Notes: generated by a model from the sequence alone, not told the origin. A stretch of DNA of 64,000 bases from Lachnospiraceae bacterium (GCA_045221675.1 JBGUWZ010000012.1:15278-79277), one strand, 5' to 3'. Positions 39,977 through 51,055 are shown, numbered from the stretch's first letter. Translations and numbers: made by a program.

Positions 39977-41557
39977 TTACAGATGGTCATCTGAATGCTT
40001 TTCTCCGGTGAACCAGCTCCGAATGAGATACGTCGGCGTGCAGCTCCACGCATGGCAATAGCTGTTGATGATAGCCCCGCCGTAGGGAGAGTCATCCGGG
40101 TGCTCCGGATCCCAGGCTTCCCAGAACGTATCGGCACCGGCATCCATCATGCTTCCCCAGTAGGCCTTCATATGATCGAGCGCTTTCTCCTTGAGACCAA
40201 CGCGGAGCAGCGCGCTCACATAATAATGATGCATATAGGGGGTCTTCATCGGGAAACAGTCGAAAAACTCCTCGGACCGCTCCATCAGCGCCCTTGCCTC
40301 ATCCGGGTGCAGCACATCTGCCAGCACCATCCAGATCTGTGTGATAACAGATGCCTCGCTGCCGGAGACAAAGCATTTTCTCTCTTCATCATAATACGCC
40401 GTTCTGGCTACTCTCTTCAGTCTTTCAAGCTGTTCATCGAGCCACGATGACTGAGACCAGTCATTCTTTCTTCTCGCAAGTCTTCTCGCGTAGCGCAGCG
40501 CATAGATCAGAACGGCGAGGGCACCCGCGCTCTTGTCCATTTCCTCGTTCCAGTCGAGGAATGCATTTGCAGCTCTTTCCTTTTCAATAGTCCCGTCGAA
40601 CTCAAGATAGCGCAGAGTTATCTCGATCTGCTGCATAGCGATGTCGTAGAGATCTTTCAGAGTCTCCTCATCGTTCGTCTGCTGCATATACTCCTCGAGC
40701 GCGACAACAAAGAACAGCGAATAGTCAAAAAGCCAGGTATCATCGGCCTCCACCGTCGGTTTTGTGAAGAGGCAGGCCGCAATTCTTCCGTCCGGGAACC
40801 GGCTGCCGGCAAAAAGATACAGGCATCTGCGGACCAGATCATAGTTGCGGAACGTGCAGTAATTGGCCAGTGCCTGAAGGCGCAAATCGCCCATCCACAG
40901 CCGCTGGTCGCGCTTCGGTCCGTCCTCGAAGACATCCTGCATACAGTTTTTCAGGGTCCGCAGGCTGATCTCATCCATTTTCTGAAGGAACGGGTCAGGA
41001 TGCGTGCATGGAGTCAGCTTGCGCATATCCGCGGATGTCACTGTCTTGCACTCGGCATTGCGGACGACCAGCTTGTACTTGACGGACGTATCCATGGTCG
41101 TGATCTTCAGGTACCGGAAAGCGTGCCGCCGCGGAAGCTCCACCACAGCGGGGAGCACGTCGACGTGTATGTATTCCTCCTGGATCCAGCTCTGTGATAT
41201 CCAACCGCTGTAGTCCTCGGAGTTTTCTGCCAGTTCTTTATATGTCTCGGCAAATTTCAGCTTCAGATAGGCGGGCGCGTCCGGATGGCTTCCGGTATAA
41301 GTGAACTCCAGAGTAACGTTCCCGACCAGATGCGTGCCGAAATCAAGACACAGGTTCTCTCCTTTTCCCATCGCAAGGTGATGCACTCGGTGCATCTCGA
41401 TCTCCTCTGCCTCCGGGCTGTACCTGTCCTTCAGGACAAACGCTCCGACCGGCTCCACAATTTGATGGTGCAGAATCGGGCGAAGCTTCTCAGCGGTATC
41501 AAGGAGCTTTGCGTTATTGAGCGGATGAAAATCCTGAATAATACTTATGAGTGCCAT
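39977..41557 (-). CDS. Alpha-L-rhamnosidase-like (GH78) glycoside hydrolase
   Basis: LDFGTHLVG, DGPKRDQRLWMGD, GADTFWE, SYCHAWS. Confidence 0.85.
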   Translation of the reverse strand: MALISIIQDFHPLNNAKLLDTAEKLRPILHHQIVEPVGAFVLKDRYSPEAEEIEMHRVHHLAMGKGENLCLDFGTHLVGNVTLEFTYTGSHPDAPAYLKLKFAETYKELAENSEDYSGWISQSWIQEEYIHVDVLPAVVELPRRHAFRYLKITTMDTSVKYKLVVRNAECKTVTSADMRKLTPCTHPDPFLQKMDEISLRTLKNCMQDVFEDGPKRDQRLWMGDLRLQALANYCTFRNYDLVRRCLYLFAGSRFPDGRIAACLFTKPTVEADDTWLFDYSLFFVVALEEYMQQTNDEETLKDLYDIAMQQIEITLRYLEFDGTIEKERAANAFLDWNEEMDKSAGALAVLIYALRYARRLARRKNDWSQSSWLDEQLERLKRVARTAYYDEERKCFVSGSEASVITQIWMVLADVLHPDEARALMERSEEFFDCFPMKTPYMHHYYVSALLRVGLKEKALDHMKAYWGSMMDAGADTFWEAWDPEHPDDSPYGGAIINSYCHAWSCTPTYLIRSWFTGEKHSDDHL

Positions 41558-41878
41558 TAGATGTCCTCCTTATGTCCATTATTACTAAAACTTCCGAAGG
41601 GTATCGCCCTGCGACCATGTCCTTCAAAGCAGTATTGCCTGGTATGATGGGGAGATGCCAATTTCACACGTCCGCTGCTGTTATGATGAACGGTCATCAG
41701 GGAGGATCCGGACGGATTGCCTGCTTTGTCTTCATAGTTTTATTTCTCTTTTATTATACTATCTAATTCGTGCTGATGCCACGTTTGACGCCAATGATCT
41801 CAATGTTGTCGCAAAATGCCGGTGAGCCAAAAAAGAGACCGCCGAAGCGGTCTCTCAAAACATTATGCAAAATGCACA

Positions 41879-42742
41879 TCAGCCCTTAACGGCACCGGAT
41901 GTGACACCCTCAACGATGTAGCGCTGCAGGAAGACATACAGGATCAGGATCGGCAGCATAGCGAGAAGCAGGGCTGCCATGACCAGACCGATATCCGTGG
42001 AGTATGTTCCGTAGAAAGCCTGGGTCGCGATCGGGATCGTGTAGAGTTCCTTCTTGGTGAGCACAAGGCTGGGAAGGAGGTAATCGTTCCAGAACGCCAT
42101 AGCGTCGATAATAGCTACAGTTGCGATCGTGGGCTTAAGAAGCGGGAATACGATCTGCCAGTATGTCTGCCAGCGCGTACAGCCGTCGATCAGAGCGGCT
42201 TCCTCGAGTTCCAGAGGAATATTCGTGTGAATAGATCCGTGGAACATGAACGTCGCCATCGACACTGAGAAACCGACGTGCATCAGGATCAGTGTGAGTC
42301 TGTGGTTCAGGACGCCGAATGTTCCGCCGTATACGGATACGAGGGGAACCATGAGGACCTGGAACGGAATGACCATGGAAGCGACCATCGCTGAGAACAT
42401 CAGCGCGCATGCCGGCCATTTCTGATTTCTGACGATGACAAATGAAGCCATGGAGGAAACGAGAATCGTCAGGATCGTTGACGTAATCGTTATTATGGCT
42501 GAATTGCCGAAAACACGCCAGAAATTCATTTTCTTCATAGCTTCCGGGAAATTCTTCAGCGTGAAGCCGTGTTTGCCGATCAGTGCAAGCGGATTGGAAG
42601 TGATATCCGCCTTGGTCTTAAAGACATTGATCACGACAAGGATGAACGGAGCTACGAAGCAGAGGAAAAGAAGGAGCAGCACGACCCACATGACTGCGTG
42701 CATTATTCTCTTTTTTCTTGCGGCTTTTTCATTATCAGTCAT
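41879..42742 (-). CDS. Carbohydrate ABC transporter permease
   Basis: EEAALIDG EAA motif, FWNDYLLP. Confidence 0.92.
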   Translation of the reverse strand: MTDNEKAARKKRIMHAVMWVVLLLLFLCFVAPFILVVINVFKTKADITSNPLALIGKHGFTLKNFPEAMKKMNFWRVFGNSAIITITSTILTILVSSMASFVIVRNQKWPACALMFSAMVASMVIPFQVLMVPLVSVYGGTFGVLNHRLTLILMHVGFSVSMATFMFHGSIHTNIPLELEEAALIDGCTRWQTYWQIVFPLLKPTIATVAIIDAMAFWNDYLLPSLVLTKKELYTIPIATQAFYGTYSTDIGLVMAALLLAMLPILILYVFLQRYIVEGVTSGAVKG

Positions 42743-43620
42743 TATGCGGCCACCTCCCCTTTCTTACCGATGTAGACCTGCGTGATACCGACAACGGCGC
42801 AGATCACGAACAGGATCAGAGCCTCGGCCTGACCGAGACCGTAATTCTTGTACGTGAAAGCCTGCCTGTAGACGTGCATAGCGGCCATAACGGATGATCC
42901 GTACGGCTCGCCGTTGGTCAAAGACAGGTTAACATCGTACACGACGAAGCATCTGGTGATGGACAGGAATATACACTGTACAAAGGATGCGCGCATAAGC
43001 GGAATCGTGACATTCCACATAGCCTGTGCAGGTGTACATCCATCGATGAGTGCTGCCTCCTTGAGCGCGTCAGAGACGCTCATGAATCCGGCGACGTATA
43101 TAAGCATCATGTAGCCTGCGTACTGCCAGACGGCAACCAGGATGAGGCAGAACATAGCGCCTCCCGATGTTGCAAGCAGGGATGAAGCGTTGCCGCGTGA
43201 GATTGCGCTCGCAACCGCAACAAAGGCACGGTTAAAAACGAATTTCCAGACATAACCGAGGACGATACCGCCGATCAGGTTCGGGATGAAGAAACCTGCG
43301 CGGAAGAAGTTCTGTCCCTTGACACCGCTGGTGACAAGATATGCCAGGAAGAACGCGATAATGTTGATAAGTATAACAGCGAAAATAGAATAGATGGCTG
43401 TGCGTCCGAGCGCATGCCAGTAGTCTGTGTCAGCAAATGCCGCAGCGTAGTTGGCACCACCCACTAACGGCTTTGTCTTTGAGATGCCGTCCCAGCTCGT
43501 GAATGTCAGGTAAATACCATATACAAATGGTATGATGACGACCGCGCAGAAAAGGACAGCCGCAGGTCCCGCGAACATCAGGAACTGCTTCACCTTATAG
43601 GAGAGCGTATTTTTATTCAT
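42742..43620 (-). CDS. Carbohydrate ABC transporter permease
   Basis: EAALIDG, WQYAGY, multiple TMs. Confidence 0.92.
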   Translation of the reverse strand: MNKNTLSYKVKQFLMFAGPAAVLFCAVVIIPFVYGIYLTFTSWDGISKTKPLVGGANYAAAFADTDYWHALGRTAIYSIFAVILINIIAFFLAYLVTSGVKGQNFFRAGFFIPNLIGGIVLGYVWKFVFNRAFVAVASAISRGNASSLLATSGGAMFCLILVAVWQYAGYMMLIYVAGFMSVSDALKEAALIDGCTPAQAMWNVTIPLMRASFVQCIFLSITRCFVVYDVNLSLTNGEPYGSSVMAAMHVYRQAFTYKNYGLGQAEALILFVICAVVGITQVYIGKKGEVAA

Positions 43621-43706
43621 TGAATCCTCCTCTAAGTAGCACACAGGGATCGCCGGAGATCCGGGATCCCTGCATGTTATTGTTTGGATTTGCCCTTATT
43701 ATAGAA

Positions 43707-44996
43707 TCAGTGAGCGCCTACCTGTGCTGTTGACCAGTACTTTGTGATCTCATCAGCCAGACCTGCGCGATCGATTTCGCCTGCGAGATACTTCTGCATA
43801 GAAGCGCCGCATACTGAATAGTGATCATCCGGAAGGTAATTGTAGTTTGCTATCAGAGCATCTGCATCAGTGTATTCCTTGACAGACTTGCCGAGCGGAT
43901 CCGCTACCGGAAGCTCGTTATTGGAGTATGCAGGAACAAGAGCGCAGTCATTGACAAGGAATGCCTGGCCTTCTTCGTCATTTGCGAGCCAGTTAAGGAA
44001 ATCCTTAGCTGCCTGGACCTGCTCCGGAGTTGTCTTGTCGGACGAATCGATGAAGAAATACTTTGATCCGCCGCCGACCAGCTTCTCATTTGTTCCGTCG
44101 CCGCTGTTGTTCGGAACCGGCATCATGCCCATGTTCTCTGAGTAATCATATGCATTGATGACAGCCCAGTCCCAGTTGCCGCCGTACATGAAAGCGATCT
44201 CGCCTTCAGCCAGCTTCTGCTCTGTGATCTCGCGCTCTGCGGAGATAGCAGCATCCTTAGCGTAGTTGTTGTCTTTAAGAACATCAAATGTATCCATCAG
44301 AGCGTTGAACTTCTCATCGTCGATAAGCTTGATAGATCCATCCTGGATACCTGCGATGAATGCATCCGGGTCATCATGCTGCTCATAGACCTCAGCAAGG
44401 AAGTGAGCTGCCAGAGACCAGTCCTCTTTCATGACGCCTGTCGGAGCTGCCATGCCGCCGGCGATGAGCTTGTCGATGATGGCCTGGAAGTCTTCTGTTG
44501 TCTTGATGGACTTCGGATCGAAAGCTTCACCGGTAGCAGCTTCAATCGCGTCAGCGTTGTAGATGATGCCGCGGGCTTCGATACAGACCGGGAATCCGTA
44601 AACCTTGTCACCGATAGAGATAGCCTGTGTTGTGTTAGCTACCCATTCCTCGCCGGTAAGGTCCACTGCGTGCTCTTCCGCGAGTGAGTAGATATCCTTG
44701 GCATCTACCATGGAAAGAGTATACGGCTCGTTGGAAGAATATCTGGTTGCAAGATGAGCTGCTACTGTATCGCTGGAGTAGTAAACTTCAACGCCTACGC
44801 CCTTCTCTTCGGAATATTCCGCTGCCTTCTCCTCAAGCTGGCTCTGGATCTCCATCTTTGAGTTGAAGACTGTGATATTCGTGCCGCTGTCCGATGATCC
44901 GCCGGAAGCTCCGCCTCCTCCGCAGCCTGCCATAAGGCCTGCTGTCAGGACAGCCGCGACTAGTGTTGTTACGACTTTCTTGATGTTTCTCTTCAT
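43707..44996 (-). CDS. Carbohydrate ABC transporter substrate-binding lipoprotein
   Basis: Lipobox (MAGC), YGFPVCIEARG, family 1 SBP features. Confidence 0.9.
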   Translation of the reverse strand: MKRNIKKVVTTLVAAVLTAGLMAGCGGGGASGGSSDSGTNITVFNSKMEIQSQLEEKAAEYSEEKGVGVEVYYSSDTVAAHLATRYSSNEPYTLSMVDAKDIYSLAEEHAVDLTGEEWVANTTQAISIGDKVYGFPVCIEARGIIYNADAIEAATGEAFDPKSIKTTEDFQAIIDKLIAGGMAAPTGVMKEDWSLAAHFLAEVYEQHDDPDAFIAGIQDGSIKLIDDEKFNALMDTFDVLKDNNYAKDAAISAEREITEQKLAEGEIAFMYGGNWDWAVINAYDYSENMGMMPVPNNSGDGTNEKLVGGGSKYFFIDSSDKTTPEQVQAAKDFLNWLANDEEGQAFLVNDCALVPAYSNNELPVADPLGKSVKEYTDADALIANYNYLPDDHYSVCGASMQKYLAGEIDRAGLADEITKYWSTAQVGAH

Positions 44997-45206
44997 GTTT
45001 CCTCCCTTTCCGGGCTCTCGCCCTTAGATTGCCGGTCCGAATTGTTTTTGGATTCCGGCTTATTAAATAGTTACCGCTGCATAACCGGAAATGACCCGCA
45101 TCATCGGCACCAAGCGGTCCGGCACGCATATTGCAGGGCTGCATCGCCTATGCCTTCTGTCCGAATGTCTCCCTGAAACAGAACACGCGCAAGACCTTAA
45201 AATGCC

Positions 45207-46295
45207 TCAGATATGGATATCCCGCTTAGTCACATCAATGGCTGACTTCCCCTCCGTGCGGAAAACAATCTTTTCCGCTGAAAGCCTGGTCGGAATCACT
45301 GTCGACACAACATATCTGCCGTCATTAATGAACACTTCAGAGCTGAATCTGTCCAAAATGATCCGAAATTTTATGTTCCCATCCATACTCTCTTCGACCA
45401 GACATCCGCAATGATGTGTGATTCTTTCGGGAGATCCGGAATGCTTGCGGCCAATTTTGACCATCCCGTCTTCGGGACTGAAACAAATTGAACTGTAACT
45501 CTCATCATCCGCAGCCAAACACACAGAGAATTCTCTATAGAGAGGTTCGTCCGTCACCGGTCTCACATTAATCTCGATGTCCACGCAGCTGCCCTCCATG
45601 CCATAGAGGAATACTTCATCGGAGACCGGCACATTTTTATATGTCAAGATATTTGTGTAATACTGTTCAAGTTCCCGCGCAGGATTCTGGCAGAGCCTGC
45701 TGTCCGTCACGGACAGCTCTCTGGGTATGGTCATCTGACCTGCCCACTGCCCGGTTCTTTCCCGATCAGAACGGATATCCCGATTCTGCATACACGCAAT
45801 CAGAATTCTTCTCCCGTCGGGAGTCAGCAGAGTCCGGGGGAAACAAAAATCAGTTCCGTAGTCGATCGGCTGATCCAGGTAGGGTGTAAATATCCCGCTC
45901 TCACGGTCATAATCGCCGAAAATTGCAGTGCTGCCGCTATGGTCGTCCGGCTCGCAGGACTTCATCTCCTTCGAACTTAAGAGAATGACCCACGTACCGC
46001 TAAGCTCAAAAAAATCCGAGCATTCGTACATGCTGCCAAATCTTGCGCTGATATCAATCACCGGTTCTTCATGGTTAACATGATTGATGCCGGCACCCAT
46101 TTCTGCGGGCAGATGTCTCCAGTCAAATAATGTGCTGCTTACCGCATGCCCCACATGCGTAGGATCACAGCACAAATCATAGGGAATGTATTGATAAAAC
46201 AGATGATATTCGTCTTTATAAAAGAAAAAGTCATTCGGACCACTTGCACATCCGCAATATGGAGTGAGATGGAACATCGGGCGTTCTTCTGCCAT
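45207..46295 (-). pseudogene. Degenerate GH32 (internal deletion, catalytic motifs lost), ORF still open
   Basis: HLTP...YHLFYQY, GHAVS, YECSDFF, DYGTDF; WMNDPNG has become CASGPND and RDP is missing. Confidence 0.75.
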
Positions 46296-46612
46296 ACCAT
46301 CCTCGCCGCGTTCGCTCCGTGCCCGTCCTGAAGCAGTCAGTTCTAAGCTCTCCATGCTTTTTACCCGTCTGTCACAATACTCATTGTTACATATGTAAAA
46401 CTTATTTTTACATTTTCTGTTACATTATATTTGTAACTCTGACATTCGTCAATTTGCTATTTGTACATAATTTTGCACTCCCATTTTTACAATTTTCACA
46501 AAATGTAAAATGTCCGCTTTTTTTTCGTTGCATTTGACTATTATTTGTCATTTTTGTATAATTTTATGTAGCTAACAGGCATCGTGCATCTTAGGCAACA
46601 GGAGGAAGCTAC

Positions 46613-47674
46613 ATGTCAGGGCGCGTGACTATGCAGGATATTGCCGATTCACTGGGACTATCCAGAAACACTGTCTCAAAGGCATTTAATAATACAGGTG
46701 TAATTGCTGAATCTACAAAGGATCTCATTCTCCGCAAGGCAGCAGAGATGGGTTATAAAAATTCGACAGGCAGCGCTATGCCGAATGCGATTCCGATCGC
46801 ATCCGACAAGAAAGAGATTGCCATGCTTACCTGCTATATACCGGGAGGCTCGCACTTTGCGGTGACTACGATTGATCGTATACAGCAGAATCTTTCATCA
46901 TGCGGGTACAGCCTGGCATTTTATCGTGTGACACAGAGTGAACTCACGGATCTTCGTCTGCCCGGCAGCTTCAGCACTGATAAAGTCGCAGCCATTTTCT
47001 GCATGGAACTTTTCAGCTACGAATATTGCGAAATGCTGTGTTCCCTCCCCATTCCTATTCTCTTTATCGATACCCCTGTAAAACCGGGTCGGAGTCCCCT
47101 CATGGCGGACACACTTTTCATGGAAAATCAGGCAGGAATCTATTCGTTTGTCTCACAGATTGCGGAAAAGGGTAAAAAATCCGTCGGTTTTGTGGGTGAT
47201 ATGCTCCATTGCCGCTCTTTTTTCGAGCGGGCAAGCGCCTGCATCACCGCTGCTGCGGTTTTCGGGCTGGAGCCTGCCGAGAAGTACTCAATTCCCGCTT
47301 TTCCGCCCTCCAAAATGCAGCTGCAGCCGGCCAACTACGTCACTTATGCTGACATGCTCTACAGTGCCCTGCAGAACTTTTCAAAGCTTCCCGACGCATT
47401 TATCTGCGCAAATGACTTTATCGCCATAAACCTCATCAGTTCCCTGAGGCGCATGGACATACGCTGCCCGGATGATGTCCTGGTCATGGGCTTTGATGAT
47501 TCTCCGGAATCACGCTATCACGCGCCGGCTGTAACTACTGTACATATTCATACACAGGTCATGGGCGATATAGCTTCCGAGCTCATACTGAACCGTATAG
47601 CTGATCAGACCCGCGAACCCAGAACAGTCTACGTGCCGACGGAGCTCATTTTGAGGGAGTCGACGCAGATATAG
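46613..47674 (+). CDS. LacI family transcriptional regulator
   Basis: VTMQDIADSLGLSRNTVSKA HTH, CANDFIA, VMGFDD; divergent from the sugar locus. Confidence 0.92.
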   Translation: MSGRVTMQDIADSLGLSRNTVSKAFNNTGVIAESTKDLILRKAAEMGYKNSTGSAMPNAIPIASDKKEIAMLTCYIPGGSHFAVTTIDRIQQNLSSCGYSLAFYRVTQSELTDLRLPGSFSTDKVAAIFCMELFSYEYCEMLCSLPIPILFIDTPVKPGRSPLMADTLFMENQAGIYSFVSQIAEKGKKSVGFVGDMLHCRSFFERASACITAAAVFGLEPAEKYSIPAFPPSKMQLQPANYVTYADMLYSALQNFSKLPDAFICANDFIAINLISSLRRMDIRCPDDVLVMGFDDSPESRYHAPAVTTVHIHTQVMGDIASELILNRIADQTREPRTVYVPTELILRESTQI

Positions 47675-47698
47675 ATGCATTCATTCCTGAGGTACTTT

Positions 47699-49261
47699 AT
47701 GGAAAAAGAGATTCATCTTATTAAAAAGAAGCGGAAAGGACTACTTTCTCTGATATTCAGCCGCACCGGGGTCATACTAATACTCTTCGCTCTTGCGGTA
47801 CTGACCGCACTCTCCGTTCTGAACTGGTTCGCAGGTCTCATCGCTCATATCAGTGCCGGCATCATCCTGTTCAACGTCATTGTCATAGTCTATCTTGTGA
47901 ATTCGGAGATGGATTCTTCCGCGAAGTCCACGTGGATACTGATCATTGCAGTCACCTCCGTTTTCGGAGCGCTGTTTTATCTATATACGAGGTCCTCGCT
48001 TGGAAGCGCCGCTGTAAGAGAAAGTCACAAAAAGCTGCTCAGTACTCACAAAAACGACCTCATTCAGGATGAAGACGCAATAAGCAATCTGGAAGCTGAC
48101 AGCCCTGAGACACGGGATCTGGTCACCTACCTGAACCGGTCCGGGACCTACCCTGTGACACAGGGCAACGAGGTCACCTACTATCCTCTTGGGGAAGACA
48201 AGTGGAAAGACATGCTGATCGAGCTCGAGAAGGCAAAGCATTTCATTTTCATGGAATACTTCATTATCGATGAGGGGAAAATGTGGGGGACGATCCTGGC
48301 TATTCTGAAGCGCAAGGCCGCCGAGGGAGTAGAGGTCCGCGTCATGTACGACGGCATGTGCGCATTTTCTACGCTGCCTTACAATTACCCTGAAATGCTC
48401 GAGGGTATAGGCATCAAGTCCAAGATGTTCTCTCCTCTCACACCCTTCGTCTCGACACATTACAATTACCGTGACCACAGAAAGATTCTGGTCATTGACG
48501 GCAAGGTCGGCTTCAACGGCGGCGTAAATATAGCGGATGAATATGTCAATGAGATAGATCGTTTCGGTCACTGGAAAGACACCGCGATCCGCATCAAAGG
48601 GCCGGCGGTCAAAAATCTGACTCTCATGTTCCTCAACATGTGGGAGATCCTCGCCCCGGACGCTGATTATTCCAGATATTTAGATGTGCCGACGGAGCCC
48701 TGCCCTTCGGTCAAAGGCTACGTCATTCCCTACGCGGACAACCCGTTCGATGACGACAAGGTGGGCGAAAAAGTTTACATGAGCATTCTGAACAGGGCAA
48801 ATCATTATGTCCACATCATGTCGCCCTACCTGATTCTCGACGACGAGCTCCTCATGGCTCTGAAGTACGCCGCGGAGCGAGGCATCGACGTCAAGCTGAT
48901 CCTGCCGGGAATCCCCGACAAAAAAATGGTGTACAATCTGGCAAAGAGATATTTCAGGACTCTGCTATCTTCAGGTGTAAAGATCTATCTCTACACTCCG
49001 GGCTTCGTCCATGCCAAAGTCTTCGTCTCTGACGACGTAAAAGCTGTCGTCGGAACAATTAACCTTGACTATCGAAGCCTCTACCACCACTTTGAGTGCG
49101 CAACGTATATGTATGGCACAGACTGCATTGCTGACATCGAAGACGATTTCACAAAAACACTGGAGAGCTGTCACCAGGTCACAATGGAGGATATTAAAAA
49201 CGAGAAGTTCCTTGTCCGGCTGACAGGAGGTCTGGCAAGGCTCGTGGCTCCACTGCTGTGA
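47699..49261 (+). CDS. cls: Cardiolipin synthase
   Basis: Two HKD motifs (HRKILVID, HAKVFVSD), N-terminal TMs; exact start uncertain. Confidence 0.92.
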   Translation: MEKEIHLIKKKRKGLLSLIFSRTGVILILFALAVLTALSVLNWFAGLIAHISAGIILFNVIVIVYLVNSEMDSSAKSTWILIIAVTSVFGALFYLYTRSSLGSAAVRESHKKLLSTHKNDLIQDEDAISNLEADSPETRDLVTYLNRSGTYPVTQGNEVTYYPLGEDKWKDMLIELEKAKHFIFMEYFIIDEGKMWGTILAILKRKAAEGVEVRVMYDGMCAFSTLPYNYPEMLEGIGIKSKMFSPLTPFVSTHYNYRDHRKILVIDGKVGFNGGVNIADEYVNEIDRFGHWKDTAIRIKGPAVKNLTLMFLNMWEILAPDADYSRYLDVPTEPCPSVKGYVIPYADNPFDDDKVGEKVYMSILNRANHYVHIMSPYLILDDELLMALKYAAERGIDVKLILPGIPDKKMVYNLAKRYFRTLLSSGVKIYLYTPGFVHAKVFVSDDVKAVVGTINLDYRSLYHHFECATYMYGTDCIADIEDDFTKTLESCHQVTMEDIKNEKFLVRLTGGLARLVAPLL

Positions 49262-49282
49262 TTCTAAAAGAAAAATCAAAGA

Positions 49283-49371
49283 GAGGCTGCCGCATTAGAC
49301 GGTGCCAGACATAAAGCAGTCATTTGCAACAAACGTCTGCTATATGTGAGGCCTGCATCTATGCGGCAGCC
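49283..49371. repeat. Palindromic REP/MITE-like element (degenerate copy)
   Basis: GAGGCTGCCGCATTA...ATGCGGCAGCC ends; aligns with the reverse complement of 50942-51048. Confidence 0.7.
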
Positions 49372-49494
49372 GCTTACATTTTTACAGAAGGCATAAAGCC
49401 AAAAGAAATCTGATAAAATTTCAAAAAACCTGTAACGAAAGTCCATCGCTTTGCATTAACTGACAGAACCGAAAAGAAAGGAGGTGAGAAGCCG

Positions 49495-49965
49495 ATGTCG
49501 ATGGAAGAAATATACCAGCAGTACGCGAAGGTCGTGTACGGGTTCCTGCTCACAAAAACGCACGACTCATATATAGCGGAAGAACTGACACAGGAGACCT
49601 TCTTCCAGGCGATTCGAAGCATTGACCGCTTCGATGGCAGCTGCAAGGTGTCGACCTGGCTCTGCGCGATTGCCCGAAACGTGCTCCTCACCTACCGTCG
49701 CAAAAATCCGACCTCCGAGGAACTCCCGGAATCTTTAGAATCCGGGCCATCCTCGGAGGCAGAAGTCCTTGGAGAAATGGACCGGCTCAATCTCATCCGT
49801 CTGATACACGAACTGCCGGAGCCCTCCCGCGAGGTGGTGTATCTGCGGGTGTTCGGGGATCTTTCATTTGCAAATATCGGTGAAATCCACGGAAAATCCG
49901 AAAACTGGGCGCGGGTAACTTTTTTCCGCGCAAAAGAAAAGCTTAGAAAGGATGTGGAACAATGA
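49495..49965 (+). CDS. ECF RNA polymerase sigma factor
   Basis: AEELTQETF, STWLCAIARN, region 4 HTH. Confidence 0.92.
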   Translation: MSMEEIYQQYAKVVYGFLLTKTHDSYIAEELTQETFFQAIRSIDRFDGSCKVSTWLCAIARNVLLTYRRKNPTSEELPESLESGPSSEAEVLGEMDRLNLIRLIHELPEPSREVVYLRVFGDLSFANIGEIHGKSENWARVTFFRAKEKLRKDVEQ

Positions 49966-50936
49966 GTCAGAAAATTCCATGTGAAGTAGTTCGGGATCTG
50001 CTCCCGTCCTATATCGACGAGCTGACGAGCGAAGTTACGAACCGCATTGTAAAAGATCATCTTGAAGGATGTGCAGAGTGCCGTAAAATTTACGGCTCGA
50101 TGACCGGGTCTCTGACCGGGGAAGAAGAAAAATTCAGGGAACAGGGTGAGATCGACTTTCTCAGAAAAAACAGAAGGCGGAACAGAAGGATCGTTCTTGG
50201 CAGCATTGCCGGCGCAGTTCTCATCGTACTCGGAGTCCTGCTCGCAAGGACTTTCTTTATAGGGAGTGCTAATTACTCGAACTGGACCGCAGAAAATCTC
50301 ACGGTGAACGACCGGCAGCTCAATTTTGTGGCAGTTCCCGCAGACAGCGCCTCCGCCATATCAAAACTGAGTTTTGACGAGGAGAACGGCGTGGTTACCG
50401 TACGTGCCCGGGCTGTCGCCGTCAGCCCGTTCCACACAGGAAGCCTCGGGACAAGTTTTACCGCTTCCGAGACCATCCGTGATGTCTGGCTCGGTGACCG
50501 CATCGTCTGGTCGGAGGGCGAGACCGTGTCTCCGCTCGCTTCGGATCTGTTTACCGCACACCACAGCTATGTCGGTGATATGTCTGCCAACAACCGTCTC
50601 GCAAATGCGCTGAGTCTCTCCTCTTACGTCGGTCCCTTCACAAGTGAGCTGGAGACTGCTAAGGAGCCCTACGGCTGGAGGATACTCCTGTCTGATCCTA
50701 TTCCTGACGAAAAACTCGCCCGGAAGGAGCAGAACATGGACACCTCCGGGCAGATCATTGTAGGTCTCATCGAAAATCTCGATCATGTGACATTCGTCTA
50801 CACAGCAGGCGGAACCGAGCAGGAAAAGACCGTCACTGCCGCGGAGGCCTCAGCCTTTTTCGGGGAAGATATAAAGAACTGCGGCACGAACATCCAGATA
50901 CTCAGCAGACTGCTTGAGCTTCACGGCTTGTTATAA
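49962..50936 (+). CDS. Zinc-finger anti-sigma factor with extracytoplasmic (DUF4825-like) domain
   Basis: CEVVRDLLPSY, HLEGCAEC (HxxxCxxC), one TM, YVGDMS; ATGA overlap with sigma gene. Confidence 0.85.
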   Translation: MSQKIPCEVVRDLLPSYIDELTSEVTNRIVKDHLEGCAECRKIYGSMTGSLTGEEEKFREQGEIDFLRKNRRRNRRIVLGSIAGAVLIVLGVLLARTFFIGSANYSNWTAENLTVNDRQLNFVAVPADSASAISKLSFDEENGVVTVRARAVAVSPFHTGSLGTSFTASETIRDVWLGDRIVWSEGETVSPLASDLFTAHHSYVGDMSANNRLANALSLSSYVGPFTSELETAKEPYGWRILLSDPIPDEKLARKEQNMDTSGQIIVGLIENLDHVTFVYTAGGTEQEKTVTAAEASAFFGEDIKNCGTNIQILSRLLELHGLL

Positions 50937-50941
50937 AAAGT

Positions 50942-51048
50942 AAAAGAGGCTGTCGCATTATGGTATGCCACCACTATATATGGCAGACGTTATTTGCAAA
51001 TGTCTGCCATATATAGTGGCGGCACCGTCTAATGCGACAGCCCCTTTT
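50942..51048. repeat. ~107-bp near-perfect palindrome (REP/MITE-like)
   Basis: AAAAGAGGCTGTCGCATTA...TAATGCGACAGCCCCTTTT with inner arms CCACTATATATGGCAGAC / GTCTGCCATATATAGTGG. Confidence 0.85.
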
Positions 51049-51055
51049 ATACATA

